Assembly (NCBI RefSeq): GCF_009914755.1
Contig: NC_060929.1
Length of the DNA stretch: 64,000 bases
From: the human T2T-CHM13v2.0 reference genome, Homo sapiens
Strand: one strand, 5' to 3'
The position numbers were made by a program, and so were the translations under genes. The notes below the pieces were generated by a model. It was not told the DNA's origin. It worked only from the letters and a program-made list of their open reading frames with translations, and did no database searches. How positions within the stretch are numbered: the stretch's first letter is position 1; each line of letters opens with the position of its first letter. This document shows, piece after piece, positions 14,232 to 25,823 of the stretch.

Positions 14232-14494
14232 AGCTGGATGCAGTGGTTCATGCCTTTGGGAGGCCGAGGCAGGTATATCGCTTGGACCCAGGAGTTTGAG
14301 ACCAACCTGGGCAACATAGTGGAACCTCATCTATACAAATTTTTTTTTTTTTTTAAATAGCGAGGCATGGTGGCACATGCCTGTAGTCCTAACTACCCTG
14401 ACGGCTTGAGGCCAGGAGTTCAAGCCTGCAGTGAGCTATAGTAACTCCACTGCATTCCAGCCTGGGTGAAAGGGTGAGGCCCTGTCTCAAAAAA
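14232..14494 (+). mobile_element. AluJ-like element nested in L1 ORF2
   Basis: CCCAGGAGTTTGAGACCAACCTGGGCAACATAGTG and GCTTGAGGCCAGGAGTTCAAGCCTGCAGTGAGCTAT are AluJ-type; small internal deletions; the middle linker is a T-run. Confidence 0.85.
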
Positions 14495-14616
14495 GGAAGG
14501 AAATAAGAAAAGGAAGGAAGGATGGACGGAAGGGAGGAAGGGAGGGAGGGAGGGAAGGAAGGAAGGAAGGAAGGAAGGAAGGAAGGAAGGAAGGAAGGAA
14601 GGAAGGAAGGAAGGAA
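14495..14616 (+). repeat. GA-rich microsatellite including a perfect (GGAA)16 at 14553-14616
   Basis: Read directly; it sits at the Alu A-tail. Confidence 0.95.
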
Positions 14617-15450
14617 ATTTTGATAACACAAATAAATGGAATAACATTCCATGTTTACAGATTAAAAGAATCAATATTGTTAAAATGGCCATACTGCCCA
14701 AAGCAATTTGTAGATTCAAGGCTATCTCCATGAAACTACCAATATCTTTCTTCACAGAATTAGAAAAAAACTACTCTAAATTTATATGGAACACCCCCAA
14801 AAGCCAGAATGGCCAAAGCAATTCTGAGCAAAAATAATAAAGCCAGAGAGGCATCATACTACCCAATTTCCAGCTATACTATAAGTGTACACTAACCATG
14901 ATACTGTTACAAAAGCAGACACTTAAGCCAATGGAACAGAATAGAACACTCAAAAACAAAGCTGCACACTTACCACCATCTGGATCGTGGACAAGGCCAA
15001 CAAAAACAAACAATGGGGAAAAGGCACCCTATTCAATAAATGGTGCTGGGATAATTCGCTAGCCATAAGCAGAAGAGTGAAACTGGATGCTTACCTTCCA
15101 CCATACACATAAATTAATTCAAGATGGATTAAAGGTTAAAATGTAAGACTTCAAATTATGAAAACTCTAAAACAAAACCTAGGAAATATTTTTCTCGACA
15201 TTGGCCTTGGCAAATAATTTTTGGCTAAGTTTCTAAAAACAATTGCAACAAAAACGAAATTGACAAGTGAAAGTCAATCAAACTAAAAAGCTTCTGCACA
15301 GCAATAGAAACTATCCACAGAGTAAACAGACAACTTACAGAATGGGAGAAAATATTTGCAAACTATGCATCTGATAACGATCTAATATAACAAATCCATA
15401 AGGAAGAAAAAATGACAAGCATAAAACAACCCCAGTTAAAAAGGGCAAAG

Positions 15451-15755
15451 CTAATACAGGAGCAGAAAATCAAACTCCGCATCTTCTCACTTATAAGTGG
15501 GAGCTGAACAATGGGAACACATGGACACAGGGAGGGGAACAACACACAATGGGGAACAACACACAACACACACTATAATTTTCTGTAGGGGGTTGAGGAG
15601 AGGGAGAGCATCAGGAAAAATAGCTAATGCATGCTGGGCTTAATACCTAGGTGATGGGTTGACAGGTGCAGCAAACCACCACCACACACGTTTATCTATG
15701 TAACAAAACTGCGCTTCCTGCACATGTACCCCAGAACTTAAAATTTAAATCAAGA
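15451..15755 (+). mobile_element. 5'-truncated L1PA (about PA8-11) 3' end nested in the older L1
   Basis: A second L1 3'UTR (TTCTCACTTATAAGTGGGAGCTGAACAATG...CACATGTACCCCAGAACTTAAAAT) flanked by TSD AAAA(G)GGCAAAG; host ORF2 resumes at GACACGAACAGA. Confidence 0.85.
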
Positions 15756-16891
15756 AAAGGCAAAGGACACGAACAGATATTTTCTCAAAAGAAGACACTC
15801 AAGTATATGAAAAAACACTCATCCTCACTAATCAGCAAATAAATAAATGCAAGCAAAAACCACAGTAAGATGCCATCTCACATCAGTCACAATAGCTATA
15901 ATTAAAAAGTAAAAAAATTAGATGTTGGCCAGGCTGCAGAGTAAAGGGAATGCTTATACACTACTGTTGGTGGAAATGTAAACTGGTTCAGGTACTGTGG
16001 AAAGTATTTTGGAGATTTCTCTAAGAACTTAAAACAGAGATACCCTTCGACCCAGCATTCCCATTACTGGGTATATATTCAAAGGAAAATAAATTATTCT
16101 ACCAGAAAAATATATATGCACTCGTATGTTCATCAGCATGTTATTCACAATAGCACAGACACGGAATGAACCTAGGTGCCCATCAACGGTGGACTGGATA
16201 AAGAAAATGTGGTACATATACACTATGGAATACTATGCCTCCATAAAAAAGAATGAAATTATGTCCTTTGCAGCAACATGGATGGAGCTAAGGACATAAT
16301 CCTAAGCAAATTAGTGCTGGAAAAGAAAACCAGATACCACACATTCTCACTTATAAGTGGAACCTAAACATTGAGCACACAGGAACATTAACATGGGAAC
16401 AAGACATGCTGCAGGCTATGGGGGTGGGGGAGAGAGGGGAGCATGGGCTGAATAACTACCTACTGGGTACTATGCTCACTACCAGGGTGCACTGTACAAA
16501 AGTAACAAATCTGCATATGCACTATCTGTGTCTGAAAAAAACTGAAATTATAAAAACCAAGAGAATATGTTTCTAATGAAGGTAGACTTTATTTGATGGA
16601 CTGGATTAGAATATAATATTTTTTAAGGGGGAAGGCATTGGGGGATGCACAATGTCTACAGGTTTCTAAATCTCTCTGGTTTCTCACCTAATTCATAGTC
16701 TCTTATGTCATTTTCATAGTTTTCATATTCTGCCTTTCCACCTCTTCTTTTTAACAAGTAAAATTCCTCATAGCATACAAAAAACCAATTTTATAAAAAA
16801 CCCATATTATAGATCAGGGACCTGTGGATTATGTGCTATTAGAACCATACAAAATGTCTCTATATAGTTTTCTGTATCTTTGGAATATCTT

Positions 16892-17987
16892 TGGGTGAAG
16901 CTGCAGACCTTCTTGGTGAGTGTTACAGCTCTGCGCAGAGCCAAACAGTGAGCAGCAGCAAGATTGCAAAGAGCAAAAGAACAAAGCCTCCACACTGTGG
17001 AAAGGGACCCTAGCACGTTGCTGTTGCTGGCTCTGGCAGCCGCTTTTCTTCCCTTATCTCACCCCACCCACATCCTGATGATTGGTCCATTTCATAGAGA
17101 GCTGATGGGTTCATTTTACAGAGAGCTGCTTGGTCTGTTTACAATCCTTTAGCTAGACACAAAAGTTCTCCAAGTCCCCACCAGATTAGCTAGACACAGA
17201 GCACTGATTAGTGCGTTCACATACCTTGAGCTAGACACAGCATGCTGATTGGTGCATTTACAATCCTCCAGCTAGACGTAGTAAGTTCTCCAAGTACCCA
17301 CCGGACTCAGGAGCCCAGCTGGCTTTGCCTAGTGCATCCCGGCCGCGGGCGGAGCTGCCCGCCAGTCTCTGGCGCGCTGCCGCACTCCTCAGCCGTTGGG
17401 CGGTTGACGGGACCGGATGCCGCGTAGCAGGAGGTGGCGCCCGTCCCCTCGGGGTGGCGCGCGGGAGCCCGCGGTTGGGGGGCGGGGGGCAGGGGACGGG
17501 GGCGGGGAGCAGGGTGAGGGCTCCAGCATGGCAGGCTGCAGGTTCCGAGCCCTGCCCCCTTGCCCCGCGGGGAGGTGGCTGAGGCCCAGCGAAAATTCGA
17601 GCGCGGCGCCGGCGGGCCATCACTGTTGGAGGACCCAGTGCACCCTCCGCAGCTGCTGGCCCGGGTGCTAAGCCTCTCACTGCCCAGGGCCGGCGGCGCC
17701 AGCCGACCGCTCAGAGTGCGGGGCGCGCCGAGCCCGCGCCGAGCCCGCGCCCACCCGGAAGTCGCGCTGGACCTGCGAGCACCGCAGGCAGCCCAGGTTC
17801 CGGCCCGCGCCTCTCCCTCCACACCTCCCCGCCAGCAGAGGGAGCCCGCTCAGGCCTCAGCCAGCACAGAGAGGGGCTCCCACGGTGCAGCTGCGGGCTG
17901 AAGGGCTCCTCAAGCGCGGCCAGAGTGGGCTGAGGCCGAGGAGGCGCCGAGAGCCAGCGAGGGATGCCAGCAAGCTGTCACCTCTCA
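16892..17987 (-). mobile_element. LTR12 (ERV9 LTR, C/D/E-type), 3'-truncated
   Basis: Minus strand begins TGAGAGGTGACAGCTTGCTGGC; GC-rich U3; GCTAGACAC/GATTGG tandem units; ends prematurely at GAAGGTCTGCAGCTTCACCCA. Confidence 0.93.
17330..17965. promoter_or_regulatory. CpG island within LTR12 U3 (candidate promoter/enhancer)
   Basis: The only long GC- and CpG-dense block in the window; GC boxes (GGGCGG); minus-strand CCAAT boxes nearby at ~17081 and ~17248. Confidence 0.7.
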
Positions 17988-18949
17988 GAAATACAGGAAG
18001 AACATCAATAATGTTCGAAGTTATAAAGTAGGTTTCTATCAAGAATAAAACATAAACGATCAAAGAATTCCTTATAAAAACATTTTTTATTTCTAGGAAT
18101 CAAAACATAAATATAAAATTTGAGAGTCCACCAAAAAAAATTAGATGCCAGATTTCACTATAATTATCAGGGAAGCGCCCAAACGGGTTGTTTACGGCGC
18201 CTCGGGGAAACTTTCTGTTTCGTGTTAAGGGTCTTGAACCATGATGTTTAGAAAACCATGGGCTGATGCTTTCAGAACCTCTGTGATTGTTGCCTCTGAC
18301 ACTGCATCCAATAGACTAGCATGTTGATTAGGGAAAGCTAAATTCAATAAAATACGACTGTAAGTGGGGTCACCACCTTGAGGGGTTATGTTAGAAAAGT
18401 AGATGATAAGGTGGTATTGATAGAGTATTGAAGTCTGGGCTCAAATGGTTGCCCGGGGCCTTTCAAGACCAATGACTGACAAGAATAGGTAATGTTCAGG
18501 ACATAGAGTTTAGGATTGGGGGACACTGTGAGTTAAGGGCCATGACAGAAGTCTTCATAAGTAAACTGTTACTGGCACAAGCTGCTACCTGCCCAGGTGA
18601 GCAATCTGTTGGCCCAGAGGAGAGTGGCTTACTGACATAAATTGATTTGCAGAAATTTCCTGAAGCAAACAATAAGTTATTTATAGGTTTGCAGCCTTAC
18701 TTTCCTGGAAAAATACTTTTCTGGAATGAATTGTGAAATCATGTTGACACAGATGGCCTCAGGTTTCAGTTCGGATAATTAAGCTGTGTAAATATAGAAA
18801 GTCTAAGGTTTCTGTGTGCTGTTGATTCACAGTATGCAACAATGATCATATTACTTTTATTTACTATGAGCTTCAGCTGAAAGTCCAAAAGAAACTTTAA
18901 TTTCAGATATTTAATGAAATCATTATAGCTGTGGTAATTTCCTTTAGCT

Positions 18950-18999
18950 GGGTGTGAGTGTGTGATGTTAGCGTGTGATGTGAGCGTGTGTGTGTGTGT
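18950..18999 (+). repeat. Imperfect (TG)n microsatellite
   Basis: GTGTGAGTGTGTGATGTTAGCGTGTGATGTGAGCGTGTGTGTGTGTGT. Confidence 0.8.
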
Positions 19000-20219
19000 A
19001 CTCTGGCAGCATATTCCAAATAATTTCTGTAAAATTTCAGTTTGAAATTAATAGAAGACATATTAAGTTGTTTAAACTCTTTGTTATTTAAATTCTATAT
19101 TACTTTAGTTGATTATTCTGTATTATTACGGCAAAGCTTTGATATGTTGCCCTGAATTTAAATGAAAAGGCTGTTCGGCATAAAAACAGGAATATTTTAT
19201 TACCAAAAAGAATTAACTACCATATGTCATTTACAGAAAAGAGTAAATTCTTCAGGGCATAGAAAATACACATTTCCTTCTGTTTGTGTGGAAATAAGCA
19301 AAATACCTGTTATAATAGATTCCTCACAGAATTTTGTGAAGCTTCAGGTAAACTTGAAAGAGAAAAATTAAAATTCTAGAGTTTCATAATTACAAATTGG
19401 GATATAAAAATAGAATAATTATTTGAATTTTGTATTTCTCTCCAGGGGATCAAAAGTAATATATAAACTTTTAATAAATATTGATATAGCTTCACGTTGA
19501 CTCCATATGTGAGCAATTTGCTTTCTGTTAAATTCACAATTGCATAATTTTTTTCAGGCTGGAATGCACTTGGATGCCAGAGATTTTGATTTCTTAATGT
19601 GAAATAAGGTGATAATACATTCCAAAGTATATATTTTTTCGACTTTGAATATATCTGGTGTATTTGGAGTAATATCTGAGTAAATACACTTATATGTAAG
19701 AGAATCAAAGGAACAAGATATTATTTTATATCCAAGGAAATTAAAACACTTAGAACATAAATACGTATTGCATTACTTCATATTAAAGAAATGTTTTACA
19801 AAAGAAAATAAAGGAGCTTATTTTACAGCCCCATTTCCACAAATAATAGCAAAGGTACAGACACATATCTGATGTTTTACACACTCATTATTGTTTCTCT
19901 TAAAATTTGTTGCTTATACTATTTTAAAAAGCAAGCCTATAGATTGTTGTGTGTATATACATATACACACAACATATATATATGTGTATATATATATATA
20001 GCAGCAAGCAAGAGAATGGGCCTCTTCCTACTGAGGTTTAACATTTGCATGCATATGTATATTTTGATTCACATAGACTTATTGTTCTTTAATTACGTGA
20101 ACAGTGATTCCTGGTTACATTATTGGAAAATGGAAGCAATGCTCAAAGAGCATCACCTAAATTTCCATCATATTTTGCTCTCAATATATTTTGTACATCC
20201 AAATATATTGTGATTAATC

Positions 20220-20610
20220 TGCATACATTTTTGCTGTTCTAGGTGACGCTGATATGAGGCTAGGTAATACACGACCTTAGTCTGCATGTTGTACTTGTGT
20301 AACACACATAATTTTACAGTGCTAACAGGTGCTATAATAACTAACTATAGTTAATGATGAATGAAAGAAGGAAGATGTTAAGATGTTAGGGAAGGACTCA
20401 AAAGATGCAGTGCTTGAGTTAGAATTTTAAGGGAGATTATGCAAAAGCAGTCACTTAAGGTGGGTTGGGATAATCTAGAATGTGGGAATGATGTATGCAA
20501 AGTCACACAGGAGAGATACAGCATGCATGTTTAGAAAATTGTTGATTACATATGGAAAGTTTGCAGGACTTGCATCCTAGAATGTCAGGATTTTAAGCTA
20601 AGTAGGGTTC
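20220..20610 (-). mobile_element. L2 fragment
   Basis: GCTGTTCTAGGTG...TGAGTTAGAATTTTAAGG...CAAAGTCACACAGG...AGCATGCATGTTTAGAAAATTG resembles the reverse L2 3' region; highly diverged. Confidence 0.45.
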
Positions 20611-22349
20611 AAATTAAATTTTTCACATACTTCGCTGCATTATAATAACTAGTTTATGTTTAACTCATCCACTAAACTAAGTTATTTGAAAAGAGATGCC
20701 AGTGTTCACTCAATCTAGTTGTCTGTCATTAATAATTTAAAAATAATTGAGATTTTAATTTTGGTCTGCTAAGCCTGTTTAATTAAAATTTGACATTAAA
20801 TAAGATTTTACAGGCCTCTAATTTTTTTTTTCAGTCATCACAGTTTGAATATTAAACATTACTACTTTTATCTCCCTCAGTCAGCATAAAACATACTACT
20901 TATGGTTTTAATAATCAAATTCAATGAGCACCAACAAAATTTGATGTAACTATTAACTTTGAAATTTTATTGAAATAGAACTATGCCTTGGGTATCATTC
21001 AAAGCATTTAATTGTTGCAATAAAAAACTTTGAGATAAATTGAAATGATGGACAATATGGGTCGAAAGCAACATTGGCTTGAGGGAATAGGCTAATGTTT
21101 GAGAACGGAATTGTTAAGGACAAGATTGGATGTTTATATTATTTTAGGAAAGATACACTGTAATGGAGTTTAATTCTAAAATGTTTAATATTATGAAAAT
21201 ATTATATATTATATGATCATTATAGAAAATTAAAAATATAAGAACATCAGAAGCAAAATAGTCAAAGTCTACCTAAACCCAATTAGAAGTGAATACTATT
21301 AATCTTGATTTGCATGTTTCTAATCTTATTATTATCAAATTAATAAACGGCTTTCAGATATTCTGCTTCTCCCTGTTACTAGATCAGGATAATGTCATTT
21401 ATGTACAGGCATCTCCTGCTTACTCAGTTCAGCATTGATCAATAAATATTTTAGACTTCCATTCAAAACACTTCCATTTTTCTTTTGCCCATATTCTTTT
21501 TATTCAGTGCTACCTATTTTCAAATACACAACACTTTGTCAAACAAATTCCAACATTAGATTGGATATAGTTGGTATCAAAGTAGTAATACACATTGCCA
21601 TTCCTAATCCTCAATGCATTGATCCTGAAAATTATTTGTAAGAATAGAAAAATACTGGATATTTCAAAATAAGTCTCATTTTGTTGCTTACACATGAAAG
21701 ACTGGAATTAACCAACATAACCATTACAAGGTGATTGAGCAAATGAATAGATGGAAAATATTATAGAAACTTTACTGCAGTTCATCAACCATTGTGGTCG
21801 TTAGGCCATAGGAAAATACAGTGTGATAGTACCCTTGTCTTCTTTTCCATTTGTTAAGTCTCATATCCAAATAACAGTGGATAGACCTTATGAGAATACA
21901 AAGTGAGATAAAAATAATTTTTGGCTTTTCAATGTATCTTATTTGATCTAAGAGATATTTCCCCGACTTTGATGCAATAATTATTGTCACAAAATTTGAC
22001 TTTATTAAAGACCATTTTAAGGATCTTTGCAGCTGACAGCAGTGACTTTTTTACCTCCTACAAAGTTTCAACTGACAGTCTTATTGTCTCTGACTTTCCC
22101 AAATTAATGACATAATTAGTCACCAGGGCTTTGGCTGCTCAATAGGGATTTAGTAAGCAATGAGTCATATGTTGGGGAACACTTCAACAAACAAAATGTT
22201 GGCAGAGAAAGATGTATGAATCAGCTAGGAAGAAACACTATTCTATCATTGAGGATCTTTCTAATATTAGATATCACAGAAAAATTTTCATATAGATTAC
22301 CATATGAGTGAGCCAAAATCTCTAGGAACAAAAAAGCTTAGTATAATTA

Positions 22350-24110
22350 TAACTCCTTGCCATGATTTAACTTAAAATTTCTTTACTTATTTAGCAATTC
22401 TATAAACAAGAATCATTTCTGTTAAGGATACTAAGGAGAGTGTTCCTATTGAATCAGAACATTTAAAAGAAATAATTGAGGAACTCACACATGTAAAACG
22501 TCATTAACCAAACTAAAATAAAATGTGAGGGCATAAACTTAACCAGAAATGTTTAAAACCTATATAAAAAAAAAACTAGAAAACACTTCTGAATGGCACA
22601 AATTTGGACTTGAGCACGGGGAAAGAAATTCCATGCTCTTGAAAAAGCCTTAAAATCATAAATGTGCCAGTTCTTTAAATAAACTTATATCTTCTATGTC
22701 ATAACAAACAATATTTTCTAGAATTTCTTTTTCCAGATTTAGAAAAATAGACAAATTTACTTGGAGGAATAAAGAAGCAAGAATAGCTAGAAATATCCTA
22801 TAAAATCAATGGAATTTGGAGTCAATACAAAATATTAAGCAATTCTTAAAGCTTCTATGATTAAAATGAGTTATAAATACAGATAGATGAAGATCATATA
22901 GAAAATCAAGACATTGACAGATATGGAAAGGTGGTATACAATGAAAACATTTCAGATCAATGAGGGGGAAATGTTAACTGGAAAAGAATATTAAAAAGGC
23001 AATGAACTCAATAAGACAACAAGAAGCAAACCACAGAAAAATAACTGGACTGGATTAAAAAGAAAATATTTTAGACACTTCAAAAATAAAATATTCAAAT
23101 AACCAATGAACTTATTAAAAGGTTTTTATTTATATTGGTTATCTGAAAAAAAAATTCAAACCACAATGAGATGTAAGTACTTGTCATTCAGAATCCTGAA
23201 TTTGAAAGGAATATTTTAGAATTCTAAGTTGAAGAGAAAATGCAAAGTATTGATGAGAATGTTGACTAATTAGAACACTCAAATTGATGTTATTGGCATA
23301 GCTTAGTTCAAATAATTTGGATAAAGATATGTATTAGGCCCCAAAATTCTACTTGTAAAGATGGTTTCTCCAGAAATGCATGCATATATATAGCTAAAAA
23401 AAAAATGTGTACTCATGAAAACACTTTTCGGAATAACACCAAAATAACCCCAAACTGTGGGCCAAAAGTGGACTAAAATACTTATAAAGAGTACAGTAAA
23501 CAAATAAGTTGTAATATGATCACCTAATAAAATATTAGAGAAATAAATGTAAATAGTTTCATTTGCAGGTCATATAATCAATTAGTCTCACAAATAAAAT
23601 ATTAAGCAAAAAAATGTGGTTCAAAACACTACACACACTATTTGATTCCTTACTGGTAAAAGTTAGAATAGTGTTATGTTAGGAGGGATGGGTGGAAATC
23701 AGGTGTGTGACTATTACATTTTCTTATTCTGGATGATCATAGTATTTTAAAACTCACTAAGCTTTAAACTTATGTGCATTTACCCATGTGTATACAATAC
23801 TTTAATAGAAGCTTCAAATCAATGAGAAAACATAAAACTGTCTGATGGAAAAATAGCTTGAGGAAATGAACAGGTATAGCAGAAAAGAAGGGCTGCATAT
23901 AGTTTAAAAACTTGAAGAGATGTTTAATCTCTTTGCAAATAGAAAAACTACGCATTTAAATTGAAATACCATTTTCATGTTCCAAAATTAAAATTATTAG
24001 AAATATGATGGTATACAGTGATGGTAATATGGGAGAAAGGAAACGTCCTAGGCAATTTGGCTAAGCTTTTCTGAGAAAGATTTAGGCAATATGCCATTAA
24101 GATTTAATGT
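22350..24110 (+). mobile_element. Ancient L1M (L1ME-like) ORF2/3' fragments
   Basis: A-rich decayed L1 phrases (AAATTTACTTGGAGGAATAAAGAAGCAAGAATAGCTAGAAA; AATTCAAACCACAATGAGAT). Confidence 0.55.
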
Positions 24111-24191
24111 GAACAAATGGGAAATTTGCCCACATAAATTTCCCATTTGGAAATATTTGGAAAGATATTCTATTTTTCAAAATTTAATCTG

Positions 24192-24497
<306 letters not shown>

Positions 24498-25073
24498 TTT
24501 AATCTGAAAATACCTAAGCCCCTGATATTTTTCTAAAAACTGGAATGTCCCTGTGGTCATTGGGTTTTAGAGACATAATTTTCACTGTGATGGTCATAAT
24601 TTTAAAAGGTTGCATCATCCATTTTTAGTTAACATATATTGTACTAACATCACATATCTATGTAATAGAAAAATAGAGTCAATTCATTTAGGGACAGACA
24701 TGAAAATGACAAATACATATAGAGATAGAAAGGTATCTTGTGCATTATACTGAGAAAGACAATAGAAATAAACAATTTACATGGGTTGATTTATTTTGAT
24801 TAAGATATATAAGTGGTTAGATAAATGTTAAATAGGTCAGTATGTAATTACAGAAAATGACAAATTGTTATGTATGGTACATTTGCAGGCATAACACAGA
24901 CATTACATTTTGGAAAATTGTGTTCTATGCAACAGTGCCAAGTCTAATGAAAGTAAGAGGAAGAGGAATTCAGCCAAAGTACCAACCCCTGTTATCCATT
25001 CCTTAAGAAAGGAACTTCTTTATACACTCAAAACAGGGGATTCTTTTTAAATCTGTTTCCAGAGGGGCATCTG

Positions 25074-25075
<2 letters not shown>

Positions 25076-25107
<32 letters not shown>

Positions 25108-25210
25108 TTTACATTATATTTAAATGTGTGCGCATGATATATACATGTATTTATTTATTTAATATATATGTGTTATCCGGGTCCTATATAGGAACACACA
25201 CACACACACA
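25076..25210 (+). repeat. Two (CA)n tracts around a TA/TG-rich spacer
   Basis: Read directly. Confidence 0.85.
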
Positions 25211-25506
25211 TTTTGAATCAAACACTCTTTCGTATAATTTTGGTGACAAATGTATGCAATAAATGAGAATACTTTAACTTTCCAAAAAGCTATTCAAAAG
25301 TATAATTTTCAAATAAAATATATGTTTGTATGACAACAAATGATTTTTTATAAATAATATATTCTGCATTATCAATCTGCCACTGGTTTTTATTAAATAA
25401 AAAAACCCGTAAGTTTGTATGCTCTTAAAATACATATAACATTTGTAAGAATAGTTTTTATGTAAAAATAATTATAGTTCACTATAACTATGTTAAAAAT
25501 AGACAT

Positions 25507-25787
25507 AGCCAGGCAAGTCGCTCATGCCTGTAACCCAGCACTTTGGTAGGCTGAGGCGGGCAGATCACTTGAGGCCAGGAGTTCAAGACCAGTCTGGCCA
25601 ACATAGCGAAACCCCATCTCTAATAAAAATACAAAAATTAGCCGGGCATGGTGGCCCATACCTTGTAATCCCAGCTACTCAGGAAGCTGTGGCAGGAAGA
25701 TTGCTGGAACCCGGGAGGCGGAGTCTGCAGTGAGACAAGATCATGCCACTGCACTCCAACCTGGGTAACAGAATGAGACTCTGTCTC

Positions 25788-25822
<35 letters not shown>
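25507..25822 (+). mobile_element. AluS (Sx/Sz-like) with (GAAAA)n tail
   Basis: Full dimer; approximate TSD AAAAATAGACATA / AAAAAGTAGACACA. Confidence 0.93.

Positions 25823-25823
<1 letters not shown>

Larger units (their letters stand above)
10160..16556 (+). mobile_element. Near full-length old primate L1 (L1PA15/16-like), inactive
   Basis: 5'UTR, ORF1 and ORF2 relics (endonuclease motif PIIVGDFNTP in ORF 12248..12463; RT region ~13500-14100), 3'UTR with G-rich tract and A-tail. Many stops and frameshifts. Confidence 0.9.

Noticed and set aside
10160-16556. Potentially active full-length L1
   Set aside because: ORF1 and ORF2 are broken by many stops and frameshifts and by two nested insertions.
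17075-17300. Spaced direct repeats (GCTAGACAC..., CTGATTGG) superficially like a CRISPR array
   Set aside because: These are the known tandem enhancer units of LTR12 U3. The spacers are related to each other, no cas genes are present and the DNA is eukaryotic.
17258-17901. Cluster of overlapping 84-171 aa Pro/Ala/Arg/Gly-rich ORFs
   Set aside because: Stop codons are scarce in the GC-rich LTR12 U3. The ORFs lie on both strands with no coding signature.
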